A stretch of 64,000 nt of DNA from a virus, in the IMG/VR virus record IMGVR_UViG_3300028327_000814, one strand, 5' to 3'. The notes below the pieces were generated by a model. It did not search any database, was not told where the DNA came from, and saw only the letters and a program-made list of their open reading frames with translations. Positions 45,696 through 56,221 of this stretch are shown here, piece after piece (within the stretch, counting starts at the first letter, position 1; each line of letters begins with the position of its first letter). A program made the position numbers and the translations under genes.

Positions 45696-46685
45696 ATGCT
45701 TTTTAGAAAAATGACCATTAAGAATTGCATTGACGGTCTATATAATCTTGACGGTTATCTAATGCGTAAGAGGCGGCAAAAAAGCAGACCGCTTACAGAC
45801 AAGTCGGCTGATATTCGTAATGGATATATAAAAAATTACATTATCCCTTTATGGGGAAACTTGAGCATAAAAGAATTAACGGTAAAAAAAATTGATGACG
45901 GTCTTTTAAGCCTTATGTCGGTGCGGAGCGGCAAGGATTTGTCAGGTACGGCAAAAAATACAATCCTTCTTATATTGGACAGTATGTTTTCAATCGCCAT
46001 AGAAAACGGCGTGACGGAAAACAATCCGGCAAAGTCCGTAATGCGCTTTTCGCAAGCCGTCCGCAACCAGCGCGGGGCGATTCCAAAAGACGAAATGAGG
46101 CTATTGTTTCCGGCATCGCATGACAGGCTTGTTAAAATATGGCGCAAACAGATTTATGCGGCAGCCTATCTTGTCCTTCGTGATACCGGCTTGCGCCCGG
46201 GGGAACTTCGGGCTTTACAATGGGGCGACTGGTATCCAGAATTAAAATTCTTTCCGATTACGAAAGCTATTGAAAGCGGCAAGCGGGACAAGATAAAAGG
46301 AACTAAAACAGGCTCTGTTAAACCTGCGGTAGTCAGCGAACAAACGGCGGCGGAGTTGGAAATTTTACGGAAAAGCGTCAAAGACTATGCGCCCGAAAAA
46401 TTTATATTTGCGGACAGGAGCGGACTGCCGTTTACAATTTGGACTATCGCCTATAATTTTAAGGCTGGGGTTTTTAGGGCGGGGCTGGATAAGCCGTATT
46501 CCCCGTACTGGTTAAGGCACACGTTTAATACGCGGATGTTGGATATTCTCCCAGACGAGACTGTGCGCCTTTTAATGGGACACGCAACCGAAGCCATGAC
46601 GCGGCATTACAGACACCCTGATATTGAATCGCTTAAACAAGAGGCGATAAAAATTCAAAAGGTGCTAAAAAGGAAAAACACATGA
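45696..46685 (+). CDS. Tyrosine recombinase homologous to 1082-2056
   Basis: RDTGLRPGE, GTKTGS, YWLRHTFN, LMGHATEAMTRHYRH. Confidence 0.9.
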   Translation: MLFRKMTIKNCIDGLYNLDGYLMRKRRQKSRPLTDKSADIRNGYIKNYIIPLWGNLSIKELTVKKIDDGLLSLMSVRSGKDLSGTAKNTILLILDSMFSIAIENGVTENNPAKSVMRFSQAVRNQRGAIPKDEMRLLFPASHDRLVKIWRKQIYAAAYLVLRDTGLRPGELRALQWGDWYPELKFFPITKAIESGKRDKIKGTKTGSVKPAVVSEQTAAELEILRKSVKDYAPEKFIFADRSGLPFTIWTIAYNFKAGVFRAGLDKPYSPYWLRHTFNTRMLDILPDETVRLLMGHATEAMTRHYRHPDIESLKQEAIKIQKVLKRKNT

Positions 46686-46716
46686 CAAAAACCATTATAA
46701 TATGATATAATAAACC

Positions 46717-46950
46717 ATGCCCGATTTTCCTAAAACAGAAAGAATAGAAATCCGCCTGCGTCAAGATTTAGCTGACCGCTTGCCAAAAGAGAAAGGCAAG
46801 AAAAACGCTTTTATTAACCAAGCTGTAGAACATGAACTGGATGGCCCGGAATGGTTAAGCCGAGCCGGAAGAACGATCACTCCGGCAAAGTCTGCCGCTG
46901 CGCGGGAAAACGGCAAGAAGGGCGGAAGACCTAAAAAACAAAAAGACTGA
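46717..46950 (+). CDS. Small RHH-like DNA-binding protein
   Basis: RIEIRLRQDL..FINQAV; basic tail KSAAARENGKKGGRPKK. Confidence 0.65.
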   Translation: MPDFPKTERIEIRLRQDLADRLPKEKGKKNAFINQAVEHELDGPEWLSRAGRTITPAKSAAARENGKKGGRPKKQKD

Positions 46951-47043
46951 TTATCTCTTTATATTGTTAAATTAAACCATTTCTTTACCCTTATCTTTAA
47001 TCAATCATTAGATTGAAATTCCATTGCAATAGGAGTAATTATT

Positions 47044-47850
47044 ATGAGTAAAATTTGGAACGCGGACTTTGCCAAAGTAGTCCCCGAAGGCGCGGCGGGA
47101 AATCAAGCGCAGTTGGGCATTTTCTACAGGGACTTTAAGGGGCTTATTAAGAGGCTTACTCAGGCGGAGGGGAATGAAAGAAGCCTTAACCCCGAAGAGA
47201 AAGAGACAAACCCCATCGGGCAGGAAGCCCCGTCAACGGTTATCAGAAGCTACAGCATGGCTTTTGATAAAGACGTGATTATCGAGAAGGGGGAGGAAAA
47301 CTACGAATTCTTCTCGGAGTTTGCCCGCCTCCGTCCGACAGGCAAAAACGCCGTATTGGAAACCTACCTTGTGGACTTCCGGAAAGAAGAGGCGGGAGAA
47401 AAACACAACAGGTATTACGCCGAAAAAATGGACGCGACCGTTACGGTCAACACCATCAATGAAACTGACGGGATTATATCCGTCCATTTCGCGCAAGACG
47501 GCGATTTGACAATCGGCGTTATGGAAAGAACGGATACCAGCGTTGTTGACGATCCGTCCACCTTCACTTACGGCTTCACTTCATCGGAACAGATCGCCGT
47601 TACTGGCATTACCACCAGCCTTGACGAGGTTGAAATCTCCGCAGGCGAACAGGCGAGGGCGGCGGTGTCTTTCTCCCCTCTGGGCTGTCCGTATGACTTC
47701 AAAGTGGAGAGCGACAGCGATGCGGTGGCGGTGAGCAGGTGGAACCAGTCCGTTGACATCAAAGGGCGCAAGGCTGGGACGGCGACCGTTACCATAACGA
47801 GCGTATCTAACCCGACAATCAAAGCCGATATTGAGGTTACGGTCAGTTGA
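47044..47850 (+). CDS. Major tail protein with C-terminal Ig-like (Big_2) domain
   Basis: SLNPEEKE, GRKAGTATVTITS. Confidence 0.82.
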   Translation: MSKIWNADFAKVVPEGAAGNQAQLGIFYRDFKGLIKRLTQAEGNERSLNPEEKETNPIGQEAPSTVIRSYSMAFDKDVIIEKGEENYEFFSEFARLRPTGKNAVLETYLVDFRKEEAGEKHNRYYAEKMDATVTVNTINETDGIISVHFAQDGDLTIGVMERTDTSVVDDPSTFTYGFTSSEQIAVTGITTSLDEVEISAGEQARAAVSFSPLGCPYDFKVESDSDAVAVSRWNQSVDIKGRKAGTATVTITSVSNPTIKADIEVTVS

Positions 47851-48413
47851 TCCCCCTCGACAAGGCGGACAGGTCAAGGCAATCCAGTATATGGGTGGAC
47901 GGGAATGAACACTTAATTCACACCGCCTTCCCATACTGGATAGGCTTCGGCAAAAAACTTGAAACCCTGACGGAATTTCCCATTAACCAATTAACGCCGT
48001 ATTTTAAGATTATTAAAGACGGCGATAAAGAGTACGGGCTTCCCGAAAACTGGAATTCCGCCTATGAGGAATTAGTCAAGTTTTACGTCAACAAACAGCC
48101 GCTTCCTAAAGACACGGGCAAGGAAAACAAAAAGCTGATTGACTGGGACGTTGACTCAGAGAGAATTTACTGCGCCTTTTTGGAGCGGTATAATATCAAC
48201 CTGATTACTACCGATCTTCATTGGCACGACTTTTTAGCCTTATATCATAATTTATTCTGGACGCTTAAAGACGTGATAGGGGCAAGGCAGTACGAGAAAC
48301 CCACTAAAAAAACCACCAAGCAGATAGAGGCGGAAACCGAGCAGAGGGAGCTTCAAAACAGGTATATGTGGGAACTGGAAACGGAAAAGAAAGAAGCGTT
48401 TAAGATGAGGTGA
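47847..48413 (+). CDS. A118 Gp15-like tail protein
   Basis: IDWDVDSERIYCAFLERYNINL..LHWHDFLAL. Confidence 0.8.
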   Translation: MIPLDKADRSRQSSIWVDGNEHLIHTAFPYWIGFGKKLETLTEFPINQLTPYFKIIKDGDKEYGLPENWNSAYEELVKFYVNKQPLPKDTGKENKKLIDWDVDSERIYCAFLERYNINLITTDLHWHDFLALYHNLFWTLKDVIGARQYEKPTKKTTKQIEAETEQRELQNRYMWELETEKKEAFKMR

Positions 48414-48738
48414 TTATATATTCCTTATTGCAGTCAGGACAGGCGTATTTTTTCCGCCCCGCCTTGTTAAGTGGAATAAGTTTTGAAGTGGAAGCATAAC
48501 AATCGGCGCAGAAAATCCCTTTTTTGTCGTCCGATACGGTATATAAATAACCATTAGGAGATGTGAATATGGGCAGACCGCCGGTAAAAACAGTATTTTT
48601 TTCCATCATTGCTTTTCTTCTATGCGCTTTAACAGCCAATGCTATAGTTTTCTTTATTTTGGGAAAATTATTAAACATTATTTCTATCACGCGCACTAAT
48701 ACAGCCGTTATAGCCGCCGTAATTATTGTTTCAACCAT
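48400..48738 (-). CDS. Membrane-anchored zinc-ribbon protein (moron; paralogue of 61723-62064)
   Basis: N-terminal TM; FCADCY..YACPDCNKEY. Confidence 0.7.
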   Translation of the reverse strand: MVETIITAAITAVLVRVIEIMFNNFPKIKKTIALAVKAHRRKAMMEKNTVFTGGLPIFTSPNGYLYTVSDDKKGIFCADCYASTSKLIPLNKAGRKKYACPDCNKEYIITSS

Positions 48739-48814
48739 AGAATATGCTTATGAAAATATAATCGGCATAAAAAAGACAAAAGATAAATTACAAAATTCGC
48801 CGATAGAAGCGGAT

Positions 48815-49057
48815 ATGGTAGGTCAAGACATATATGGGGAGTATATAAAGAGAGCCGACCGTCATATAGAAAAAATTCACAAAGCGTTAGCCCGCGCGGA
48901 TTATGCCCATTCCCCTTTTATTTCTCCCTATGTGGACGAATACGGCATAGTCTGGTTTAACGTATCGGTCGCATGGGACAAACTAAGCGAAGTCAAGAAA
49001 CGGATTAGGGAAGGCTTGCCCGACACGACGATAGAACAAAGGCTGGACGTTGAATAA
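48815..49057 (+). CDS. Hypothetical protein
   Basis: Start moved to ATG 48815 to avoid overlap with the antisense gene. Confidence 0.4.
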   Translation: MVGQDIYGEYIKRADRHIEKIHKALARADYAHSPFISPYVDEYGIVWFNVSVAWDKLSEVKKRIREGLPDTTIEQRLDVE

Positions 49058-49094
49058 ATCTTGTTTAATCCCCTTTATCCGTTACCCTTAAATT

Positions 49095-49472
49095 ATGACC
49101 AAAGCCAAAGGAACGGTTAAAGTAAAGATCAACACAAAGATAAGGGATAAATTACTGGCTTCGTACAATAAGGGTGGTGCTCTACAGAAATTTATTGATA
49201 TGTCCGTTGCTAGGCACTCTGATTTTTACGCGCCTTCGGATACTACCGCTTTAAGGAAAAGCGTTTTTGCAAATACCACTTTTGGCAGTGGGGAATTAAT
49301 CTATACAGTTTATGGCAACCCCGCCCCCGGACGCAACACATGGAATGATGACACTTCACTCTTTCAAGACCGACCGACTAGGGGATCGAGGTGGGTGGAG
49401 AGGTGGTGGAACGGCGGCGGTCGGGAAACTTTGATAGAAGAAATCAAAAGGTTTATTGATAGGTTTAAATAA
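49095..49472 (+). CDS. A118 gp10-like (Minor_capsid_2) neck protein, displaced
   Basis: FYAPSDTTALRKS..GSGELIY..RGSRWVER. Confidence 0.7.
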   Translation: MTKAKGTVKVKINTKIRDKLLASYNKGGALQKFIDMSVARHSDFYAPSDTTALRKSVFANTTFGSGELIYTVYGNPAPGRNTWNDDTSLFQDRPTRGSRWVERWWNGGGRETLIEEIKRFIDRFK

Positions 49473-49486
49473 TTCTCATTATTATT

Positions 49487-49855
49487 TTAATCCCACAAAA
49501 ATTCAGTTGAGCCGCAATATGGGCATTTTTCCAAATTCGCACCTATTCTCTTGGAACATTGCTTGCATTTTTTGGTCTGGCTTTCCGTGGAACTGTTTGT
49601 ATTAACCGTGGGCGTGGGATTTACTGGGCGCGTATCCTCTTTTCTCAGGGAGTCTTTAAGGGAATAAATGGACGAATTTAATTCTTCAAAATGCCTTTTG
49701 ATTGATATTAGAATAACCCCGCCCAAAATAAGAACGACGCTGATTAAAAAGCCCAAGTATTGGACGGTTTGATGAAAAGCCGATTCCGTCTTCATCGTCA
49801 TGTTTACGATAACGAAAATAGCCCCTAAAATTATAGAAATAATGCCTATTATCAT
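49487..49855 (-). CDS. Two-TM protein with C-terminal double CxxC zinc ribbon (moron)
   Basis: KKCKQCSK..KCPYCGS; own promoter. Confidence 0.7.
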   Translation of the reverse strand: MIIGIISIILGAIFVIVNMTMKTESAFHQTVQYLGFLISVVLILGGVILISIKRHFEELNSSIYSLKDSLRKEDTRPVNPTPTVNTNSSTESQTKKCKQCSKRIGANLEKCPYCGSTEFLWD

Positions 49856-49872
49856 ATTTTACCTCTTTTTTA

Positions 49873-49901
49873 ATTATAATCATTAAAAATACGGCGGTCA
49901 A
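49873..49901 (-). promoter_or_regulatory. sigma70-type promoter for the moron
   Basis: TTGACC-17-TATAAT. Confidence 0.7.
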
Positions 49902-49946
49902 TAATCAAAATATTGTTTAATTCCCCAGTTTTAATATGATTTTGTC

Positions 49947-50420
49947 ATGTCTGGACAAATAAACAATGTAATAGAAATGATTGATACGGTTGAACAAGCC
50001 AACGCCCAATTAGACAAAATAAACGAGGCGTGGGACAAATACAACCAGTTAAAAATTGACATACTTTCAGCGGGAAAAACTAACCCTTATATGAACGAAC
50101 GGGACATAAGGCAGGTGTTAAAATACGTTGACAATTTCAAGTCCGAATTCGGCAATATTTTATTAATTGAATCGGCTATTTATTTAATAAACCAAAACAG
50201 GACGCAAGAGCAAATTATCAAAATTATAAAAGCCGCTTATCTAATGGCTGAAAAAAAATTATCCGACTATTTGACGGCGGTCAAAATATTGGACGCTACT
50301 TTAAGCGGTATAAATTCGCTTAAAGCCATGCCGGAATTAAGCGGTCTTTCAGTGGTAGAACTGGCTGGCGGGAAAGCGATAGAAATTATTGAAAATATGT
50401 TAGGGGCAAATAATGGCTGA
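49947..50420 (+). CDS. Probable tail assembly chaperone or hypothetical protein
   Basis: Immediately before the tape measure gene. Confidence 0.5.
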   Translation: MSGQINNVIEMIDTVEQANAQLDKINEAWDKYNQLKIDILSAGKTNPYMNERDIRQVLKYVDNFKSEFGNILLIESAIYLINQNRTQEQIIKIIKAAYLMAEKKLSDYLTAVKILDATLSGINSLKAMPELSGLSVVELAGGKAIEIIENMLGANNG

Positions 50421-53208
50421 TAATGTTTATGACGTAGGAATAGGAACATCAGTAGACAACAACGGCTTAAAAAAGGATTTAAACAAAGCCGAGAAAAATA
50501 TAAAAGACTTCGCTGGCAAGGCTGGCAAGGCGTTATCAGGGATTGACTTTTCAAAAATAATGGGAGTGGCTGGCGGGGCTATCGCCGTGGCTGGCATAAA
50601 GCGGATAGTGGGCGCGTTAAACGAATGGGGCGCGGTGGCGGCTGAACACCAGAGAACGATTGAAAAACTGGACGTGGTTGTAAAAGCCTCCGGCGCGGCG
50701 GCGTGGACTAGCTCAAAACAGCTTCAGCAATTAGCGACGGAACAATCCAACGCGACGGGGAAAGCGAGGGACGAAATAGTCCAAATGCAGACCGTAATGC
50801 TGGGGTTTAATAATATAACCCAAGACGTATTTAAGGACGCGACTACGGCAGCTATGGGAATGGCCGCCGTAATGGGCAGCGACTTAAAAAGCGCGGCAAA
50901 CACTTTAGGCAAAGCCCTTGACGTGCCCTCACAGGGATTATCCGCATTAACAAAACAGGGATTTAGATTTACCGAACAGCAAAAAGCGATGGTAGTAGAA
51001 CTTGAAAGGCAAGGCAAAATACAAGAGGCGCAAAGGGTCATATTAAACAGCGTCCAGTCCGCTTACGGGGACGCTGCGGTTACGCAGGACAAATCGCTTA
51101 AAGCGCAAACGGCGTATAACAACGCGATGACCGATTTTAAGATCATTATCGGCACTGGTTGGAATAAAGCCATAGCGGGATTAAAGCAGGGAATGGCTGA
51201 GGCTGTTCAAGCGATAGTGGACGCTAACAATAAAATACAGGCAACAAAAGCGGCACAAGCCGAAGTACATAAACTTACAGAGGAACAACAACAAAGAATA
51301 AACGAATTACAGAAAAGATCGCTGGAGTTACAAAAGCAAGCGGCTTCGGCGACGGGAGAAAAGTTTAATTTATTAAAAATTGAATATGAAGAAATTGAAC
51401 GGCAAATAAAAATAATTCAAGATGAAGCCGTGGCAATGAATAAATATACAAGGGCTAATTTATTTTTAGTAGAAGAACAGTTAAAGGCGTATCAAAAAGA
51501 AGCTGACAGATTAAAAGGATTGAAAAAAGAAGCTAAAGACACAGGCGAGGCATGGAGCGCGGCGGAAGAAGGGCGATTAAGACGCGCCGTTGATTTATAT
51601 AACGAACAGAGAAAATTATATAATGAAGTGCGACATGAAGTGGAATTAAGAGAGGGCAATGCCGCCGCTGTTGCCGCCGCCGAAGCCGCCACCGCGAAAC
51701 AGGCGGGGGACAGGGCGACAATTAATTCTTTAATGGACGCTTACAACGCGAAACTTCAACAGCAAATAAACGAGATAAAAGAACTTGCAAAATTAAAGGG
51801 AATTGACGTTGACAGCCTAGAGGTACAAAACCAAATTCTTGACGTGCAAATATCCGCGTATAGGGAACTGGTAAACACTTCCAACGGGCTGATAAAAAAC
51901 GAATTAAGCATTGAACAGGCTATTATCAAGACTGGCGAAAGATTGAAAGAGAGAGCCGCCATTGAAAAACGCACCGATGAAGAGCGCAAAAAAGCCCTGT
52001 CCGATCTTTCCAAGCTACAGGAAGAAACCCAGTCCAAACTCAATAAAATTCTTGAGGACGCGCAAGCCGAAGCGGACAAACTTTATGACACCCGAAAAGA
52101 ACAAGCCCATCAAGACGAATTGGTAAAATTAAGAAAAAAGGCCGATTTGGAAGCGTGGGTTTTTTCAACCAAATCAGCCAAAGCCGCCATGGAACTTGAA
52201 CGGGAATACAGGGAACGGCAAAGACAAATAGAATACGACAATCAAATCGCGGATATTACCAATAACGTAATCCTGCAAAAAGAAAGGCTCGCGAAAATAA
52301 GGGACGCGGAAATTGAAGCCGCTGGGAACAATAAAACGCTTAAAGAGGAAATTAAGAAAAAATATAACGACGAAATACTGAGGCTTGACGATGATCTTAA
52401 CCTTGCAAGAAAGCAACTGGACGCTAATTTTCAAGAGCAAAAAAGACAGGCCGAAAAAGAAACCGTAAAAGCAATCGAGCAAGCCCATGTAGAAATGTAT
52501 CAAAGACTACTGTCCGCCGCGCAAGAATACCTAAACGCCGCCTCTTCAATCGCTTCTTCAATCTCCACTATCTGGACTAACAACATAGACTATGAAACCA
52601 ACGAAAAACTGAAAGCCAACGATAAACTTATTCAGAGTGATGAGGAACGGGCGGCCGCCGAAAAAAAGATTAACATCGAGGCGGCTTATGAGAGGTACAA
52701 AGCCGAGCTTTTCGCGTGGGCTACAAACGTAACTTTAGCAACGGCGCAGGCGGCAATGGCCGTGCTAAACGCCTTAAATTCCCAGCCCTTCCTTCCAATG
52801 GGGCCTGTTATGGCGGCACTGGCGACGACTATGGGGGCTATGCAGGTAGCCGCCGTAATATCGGCAAGACCGAAACCGCCCCGCTTCCACACTGGCGGTG
52901 TGGTAGAGGGTACGGGAGAAAAATCAGCGGTATTAAAAGGCGGCGAAGTAGTCCAGACGCAGAGGCAGTTCCAGAATACCATGCAAGCCATTAATAATTT
53001 AGCGCATAACGGATCGGGCGGCGGGGTGCAGATGAACGTCAAAGTGGAAAACAACGCCTCAAACAAAGTGAAAGCCGAGCCGCATATGACTGCGGACGGG
53101 TTGAAACTCGTCATCACCGAGACGGTAAACGAGGGTTTTGGCAACGGAAGTTTTGACATGGGAATAGCCCGGCAGCAGACCGGCCGGAGGGGGAACGTGT
53201 TTATATGA
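50413..53208 (+). CDS. Tape measure protein
   Basis: 931 aa; lambda H-like LGKALDVPSQGLSAL; ends PPRFHTGGVV. Confidence 0.9.
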   Translation: MADNVYDVGIGTSVDNNGLKKDLNKAEKNIKDFAGKAGKALSGIDFSKIMGVAGGAIAVAGIKRIVGALNEWGAVAAEHQRTIEKLDVVVKASGAAAWTSSKQLQQLATEQSNATGKARDEIVQMQTVMLGFNNITQDVFKDATTAAMGMAAVMGSDLKSAANTLGKALDVPSQGLSALTKQGFRFTEQQKAMVVELERQGKIQEAQRVILNSVQSAYGDAAVTQDKSLKAQTAYNNAMTDFKIIIGTGWNKAIAGLKQGMAEAVQAIVDANNKIQATKAAQAEVHKLTEEQQQRINELQKRSLELQKQAASATGEKFNLLKIEYEEIERQIKIIQDEAVAMNKYTRANLFLVEEQLKAYQKEADRLKGLKKEAKDTGEAWSAAEEGRLRRAVDLYNEQRKLYNEVRHEVELREGNAAAVAAAEAATAKQAGDRATINSLMDAYNAKLQQQINEIKELAKLKGIDVDSLEVQNQILDVQISAYRELVNTSNGLIKNELSIEQAIIKTGERLKERAAIEKRTDEERKKALSDLSKLQEETQSKLNKILEDAQAEADKLYDTRKEQAHQDELVKLRKKADLEAWVFSTKSAKAAMELEREYRERQRQIEYDNQIADITNNVILQKERLAKIRDAEIEAAGNNKTLKEEIKKKYNDEILRLDDDLNLARKQLDANFQEQKRQAEKETVKAIEQAHVEMYQRLLSAAQEYLNAASSIASSISTIWTNNIDYETNEKLKANDKLIQSDEERAAAEKKINIEAAYERYKAELFAWATNVTLATAQAAMAVLNALNSQPFLPMGPVMAALATTMGAMQVAAVISARPKPPRFHTGGVVEGTGEKSAVLKGGEVVQTQRQFQNTMQAINNLAHNGSGGGVQMNVKVENNASNKVKAEPHMTADGLKLVITETVNEGFGNGSFDMGIARQQTGRRGNVFI

Positions 53209-53693
53209 CGATAAACTGGAACCCTTTAGTAAACGCTAAATTCAGCCTTGAGGACAATTTCAGTTTACAAGACGGTTTTATAGAAGAATTAGTTTTTACG
53301 TCTGGAAAAAAAAGGACATGGCTTAGAAATTCTTATGTCCCTAAAATATTTCCTTCGTTAAGCCTTTTGCTTGACAATAAAACCCAACTGGAAAACGGCA
53401 AAACCGAATTTGAAGAGTTTGAAAACTGGTTTAACAACTCATTAAGATACGGGTCAATCTCTTTTCAAACAACAAGAATAGGCTTTAAAGACAAGTGGAA
53501 TACAAAACAGCCCGCAAAGGGAATATATAAATTTATAAGCGTGCCTGAATATGACAGGCTTGACGGTTTAGTAGCAGCCTCTTTTGGATTGGAGGAAACC
53601 GCGTCAACCTCAGAAGTTGAGCATACATATTTAACTACAAATAAAGGCGGAATATTGTTAACCAATAATAAAAATGCTATTGCAATAAATTAA
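53205..53693 (+). CDS. Distal tail protein (gpM-like position)
   Basis: Follows the tape measure; FENWFNNSLRYGSISF. Confidence 0.6.
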   Translation: MTINWNPLVNAKFSLEDNFSLQDGFIEELVFTSGKKRTWLRNSYVPKIFPSLSLLLDNKTQLENGKTEFEEFENWFNNSLRYGSISFQTTRIGFKDKWNTKQPAKGIYKFISVPEYDRLDGLVAASFGLEETASTSEVEHTYLTTNKGGILLTNNKNAIAIN

Positions 53694-53702
53694 GGAGCAT
53701 AT

Positions 53703-55757
53703 ATGCAAACTACGTTAATAGACCAATTGCCTGAAGCTAAAGAGCTGGCGGACGGTGACAGAATTATTATAAACCAGGAAGACACTGGCAGAGCCAGTCT
53801 CGGGCGGGTAAAAGAATATATGCAGGGCGACCTGCCTGAAAGAATAGACAACGCGATCAGCGAAGTTAAAGAATACACGGATCAACTGCTGTCAGGAAGA
53901 AACGAATGGCTTCCCCCCGTTAATGCCGTATCTGAATTAAAAACAGCCGGACTTGACAATAAAATAAATTATCTCTGTAAAGTAATAGCCGACGCGCATA
54001 GCGGGGTTTATCAGGCGGTGGCTGGCTGGACTGCTTCCCCTAAATGGGCATTGTTTGACGATACCGTTGATCTGGTAAACGAACAGGAATTGGCGGCTGG
54101 AATAAATAACCATGATGCAAGCGGCGCTTCTCATAATGAGATAAGGCTGGCGATAACAACCGAAGCGCGATTAAGGGCGGAAGCGGTTGACAATGAGGCG
54201 CAAGCGCGTCATCAGCAAATAACATCGGCGGTTGATCAGGAAGTCGCGGACAGAAACGCCGCTATCGGCGCACATAATACAAGCCATGAATCGCATGATG
54301 ACATTAGAGCAATTATTACAAACGAAACCCAAGAAAGACAATCGGAAGATCAAAACTTACAAACACAAATTAACAACGAAAATCAGGAAAGAGCGCAAGG
54401 AGATATTGACACCTTAAATAACTCCAAAGAATATGCCGACCAAAAAGCGGAAGAATTAAACGCGGCGGATCAAGATTTACAAGTGCAGATTGACAATGAG
54501 ATACAGGCGAGGGCGCAGGAAGACGCTAACACATTAAACAACGCCAAGGTTTATACCGATCAGGAAGCCGCCTATTTAAATTATATTCTTGACGGAGTTG
54601 GAGCGATAAAATTATCCGGCGCGTTATTGACAAGGGTAATTTTCGGCACTACCCCCGTAGCGAAAAACCTGTTTGACCCGTCAACGGTTTTTGTGGAAGA
54701 TAAAACTTTTATAAGCGACATAAACGGGACTTTTGGCGTGTGCAAGGAACAAAACAGCGCGACCGTGCTGGTTGAAACGCTGTCAATAGCCCCGATGTCA
54801 TCCAACGAACCCACCCTGTTGGGGAATGTGTCATCGTTTTCAAGGCTTCCGCTGACGGTTGAAGATGCGGTGCAAAACGGCTGGAACACCCCAAGAATCG
54901 ACGATTACGCGAGGGTGTTAAACGACGAGACAAACGGCAATAAAACGGTGGAATGGTACATCGCCGACATTGACGGCGGGGAAATTACGTGGGCAAACCC
55001 CGTCATTATTAACACTGGCGATTATCAGGCGCAAACTACCGCGCAGGACGCCGGGAAAGTGTTAATCGGCGGCGCGTCGCCGGGAACCCACGGGCAATCT
55101 AAATCCATTGACACGGAACCCACCGAGGACAGCGACAACCTGATTAATTCAAACGCCGTGTACGCCTTGATGAGGCAAGTTTTTTTATTGTCCCACCCCG
55201 TAGGAAATATATACATGACGGTTTCGGAAGATGAAGACACGGCGGAAAAAATGCACAACAAACACGGTGGGACATGGGCTGCATGGGGGCAAGGCAGGGT
55301 TCCGGTAGGCGTAAGTGATAGCGGAACGTTTAACACTGTAGAGAAAACAGGCGGCGCGGAAACGCACACATTAACCGGCGGGGAAATGCCCGCGCACAGG
55401 CACGACTTGAAAAATTCCACTGACGGGACAGGCGCGACTATAACGTCCCACGGGCACGCCTTTTCAGGAGATTTCCACGCCCACACGCAAGCGCCGCATG
55501 GCCATGGCGTAATTGGCGGGATTTATGGAGTAGAAGGATTTAATACTGTTATTGGAGGGAGTGTCACAAAAAGCCCTGGAACAGGAATGCCACTACAAGC
55601 TGTGAGTATTGTAAGCGCGACTCCAGCCATTAACCAGGAAGCGGCCGGAGGCAGTAACGCCGTACAAAACATGTCTGTGGCAAATAACGGATCAGGCAAC
55701 GCGCACAACAACCTACAGCCTTATATCACCTGTTATATGTGGAAACGGACAGCGTGA
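53703..55757 (+). CDS. Side fibre or receptor-binding protein with T4 gp10-C-like tip
   Basis: Coiled-coil repeats; HPVGNIYMT..GTW..GRVPVGV..HNNLQPYITCYMWKRTA. Confidence 0.75.
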   Translation: MQTTLIDQLPEAKELADGDRIIINQEDTGRASLGRVKEYMQGDLPERIDNAISEVKEYTDQLLSGRNEWLPPVNAVSELKTAGLDNKINYLCKVIADAHSGVYQAVAGWTASPKWALFDDTVDLVNEQELAAGINNHDASGASHNEIRLAITTEARLRAEAVDNEAQARHQQITSAVDQEVADRNAAIGAHNTSHESHDDIRAIITNETQERQSEDQNLQTQINNENQERAQGDIDTLNNSKEYADQKAEELNAADQDLQVQIDNEIQARAQEDANTLNNAKVYTDQEAAYLNYILDGVGAIKLSGALLTRVIFGTTPVAKNLFDPSTVFVEDKTFISDINGTFGVCKEQNSATVLVETLSIAPMSSNEPTLLGNVSSFSRLPLTVEDAVQNGWNTPRIDDYARVLNDETNGNKTVEWYIADIDGGEITWANPVIINTGDYQAQTTAQDAGKVLIGGASPGTHGQSKSIDTEPTEDSDNLINSNAVYALMRQVFLLSHPVGNIYMTVSEDEDTAEKMHNKHGGTWAAWGQGRVPVGVSDSGTFNTVEKTGGAETHTLTGGEMPAHRHDLKNSTDGTGATITSHGHAFSGDFHAHTQAPHGHGVIGGIYGVEGFNTVIGGSVTKSPGTGMPLQAVSIVSATPAINQEAAGGSNAVQNMSVANNGSGNAHNNLQPYITCYMWKRTA

Positions 55758-56221
55758 ACATAATTAACTTCTCAAAACTTTTTGACCGTGACGGGGGCTG
55801 CTCCCTCCCCGTGCTCATAGACCTTAAATGCCCCGGACTGCCAGATTGGCGCTTTACTTCCAATGACAGGGATATAACTTTTAACAACAATTTATACAAA
55901 TCAGCCCCCGTAAGTTATAAATTCCCTACTGCTGCAAACGGAGTTCCCCAGGGGGGTGTTTTGGAGATAGACATTGACATTCACGACGACGAAGGAAATG
56001 AACTGTTAAAATGGTTTGATGAATCAGACCATAGGGCGGCTGTTGACTTAGTTGGATTAATCAACGAACAGGGGGATATAACCCCTATAAGCCAGATGAC
56101 CCAAAGCCACGGCAACGTGTCATGGGACGGCGAGAAGATTACTTGGACTTTGGGCGCGGACGACCGTCTTAATATGCAGGTCAACCCGTGGGTAGCCGAC
56201 AATGATTTTTTAATGGGGTGA
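55739..56221 (+). CDS. Tail tip protein (gpL-like / DUF1833)
   Basis: Position before NlpC; fold guessed from FTSNDRDITFNNNLY. Confidence 0.55.
   Translation: METDSVNIINFSKLFDRDGGCSLPVLIDLKCPGLPDWRFTSNDRDITFNNNLYKSAPVSYKFPTAANGVPQGGVLEIDIDIHDDEGNELLKWFDESDHRAAVDLVGLINEQGDITPISQMTQSHGNVSWDGEKITWTLGADDRLNMQVNPWVADNDFLMG

Noticed and set aside
44700-47040. att direct repeats flanking the recombinase block
   Set aside because: None found by eye; similarity of TAAATAA..TCCTTA to ~987-1002 is within chance for AT-rich DNA.
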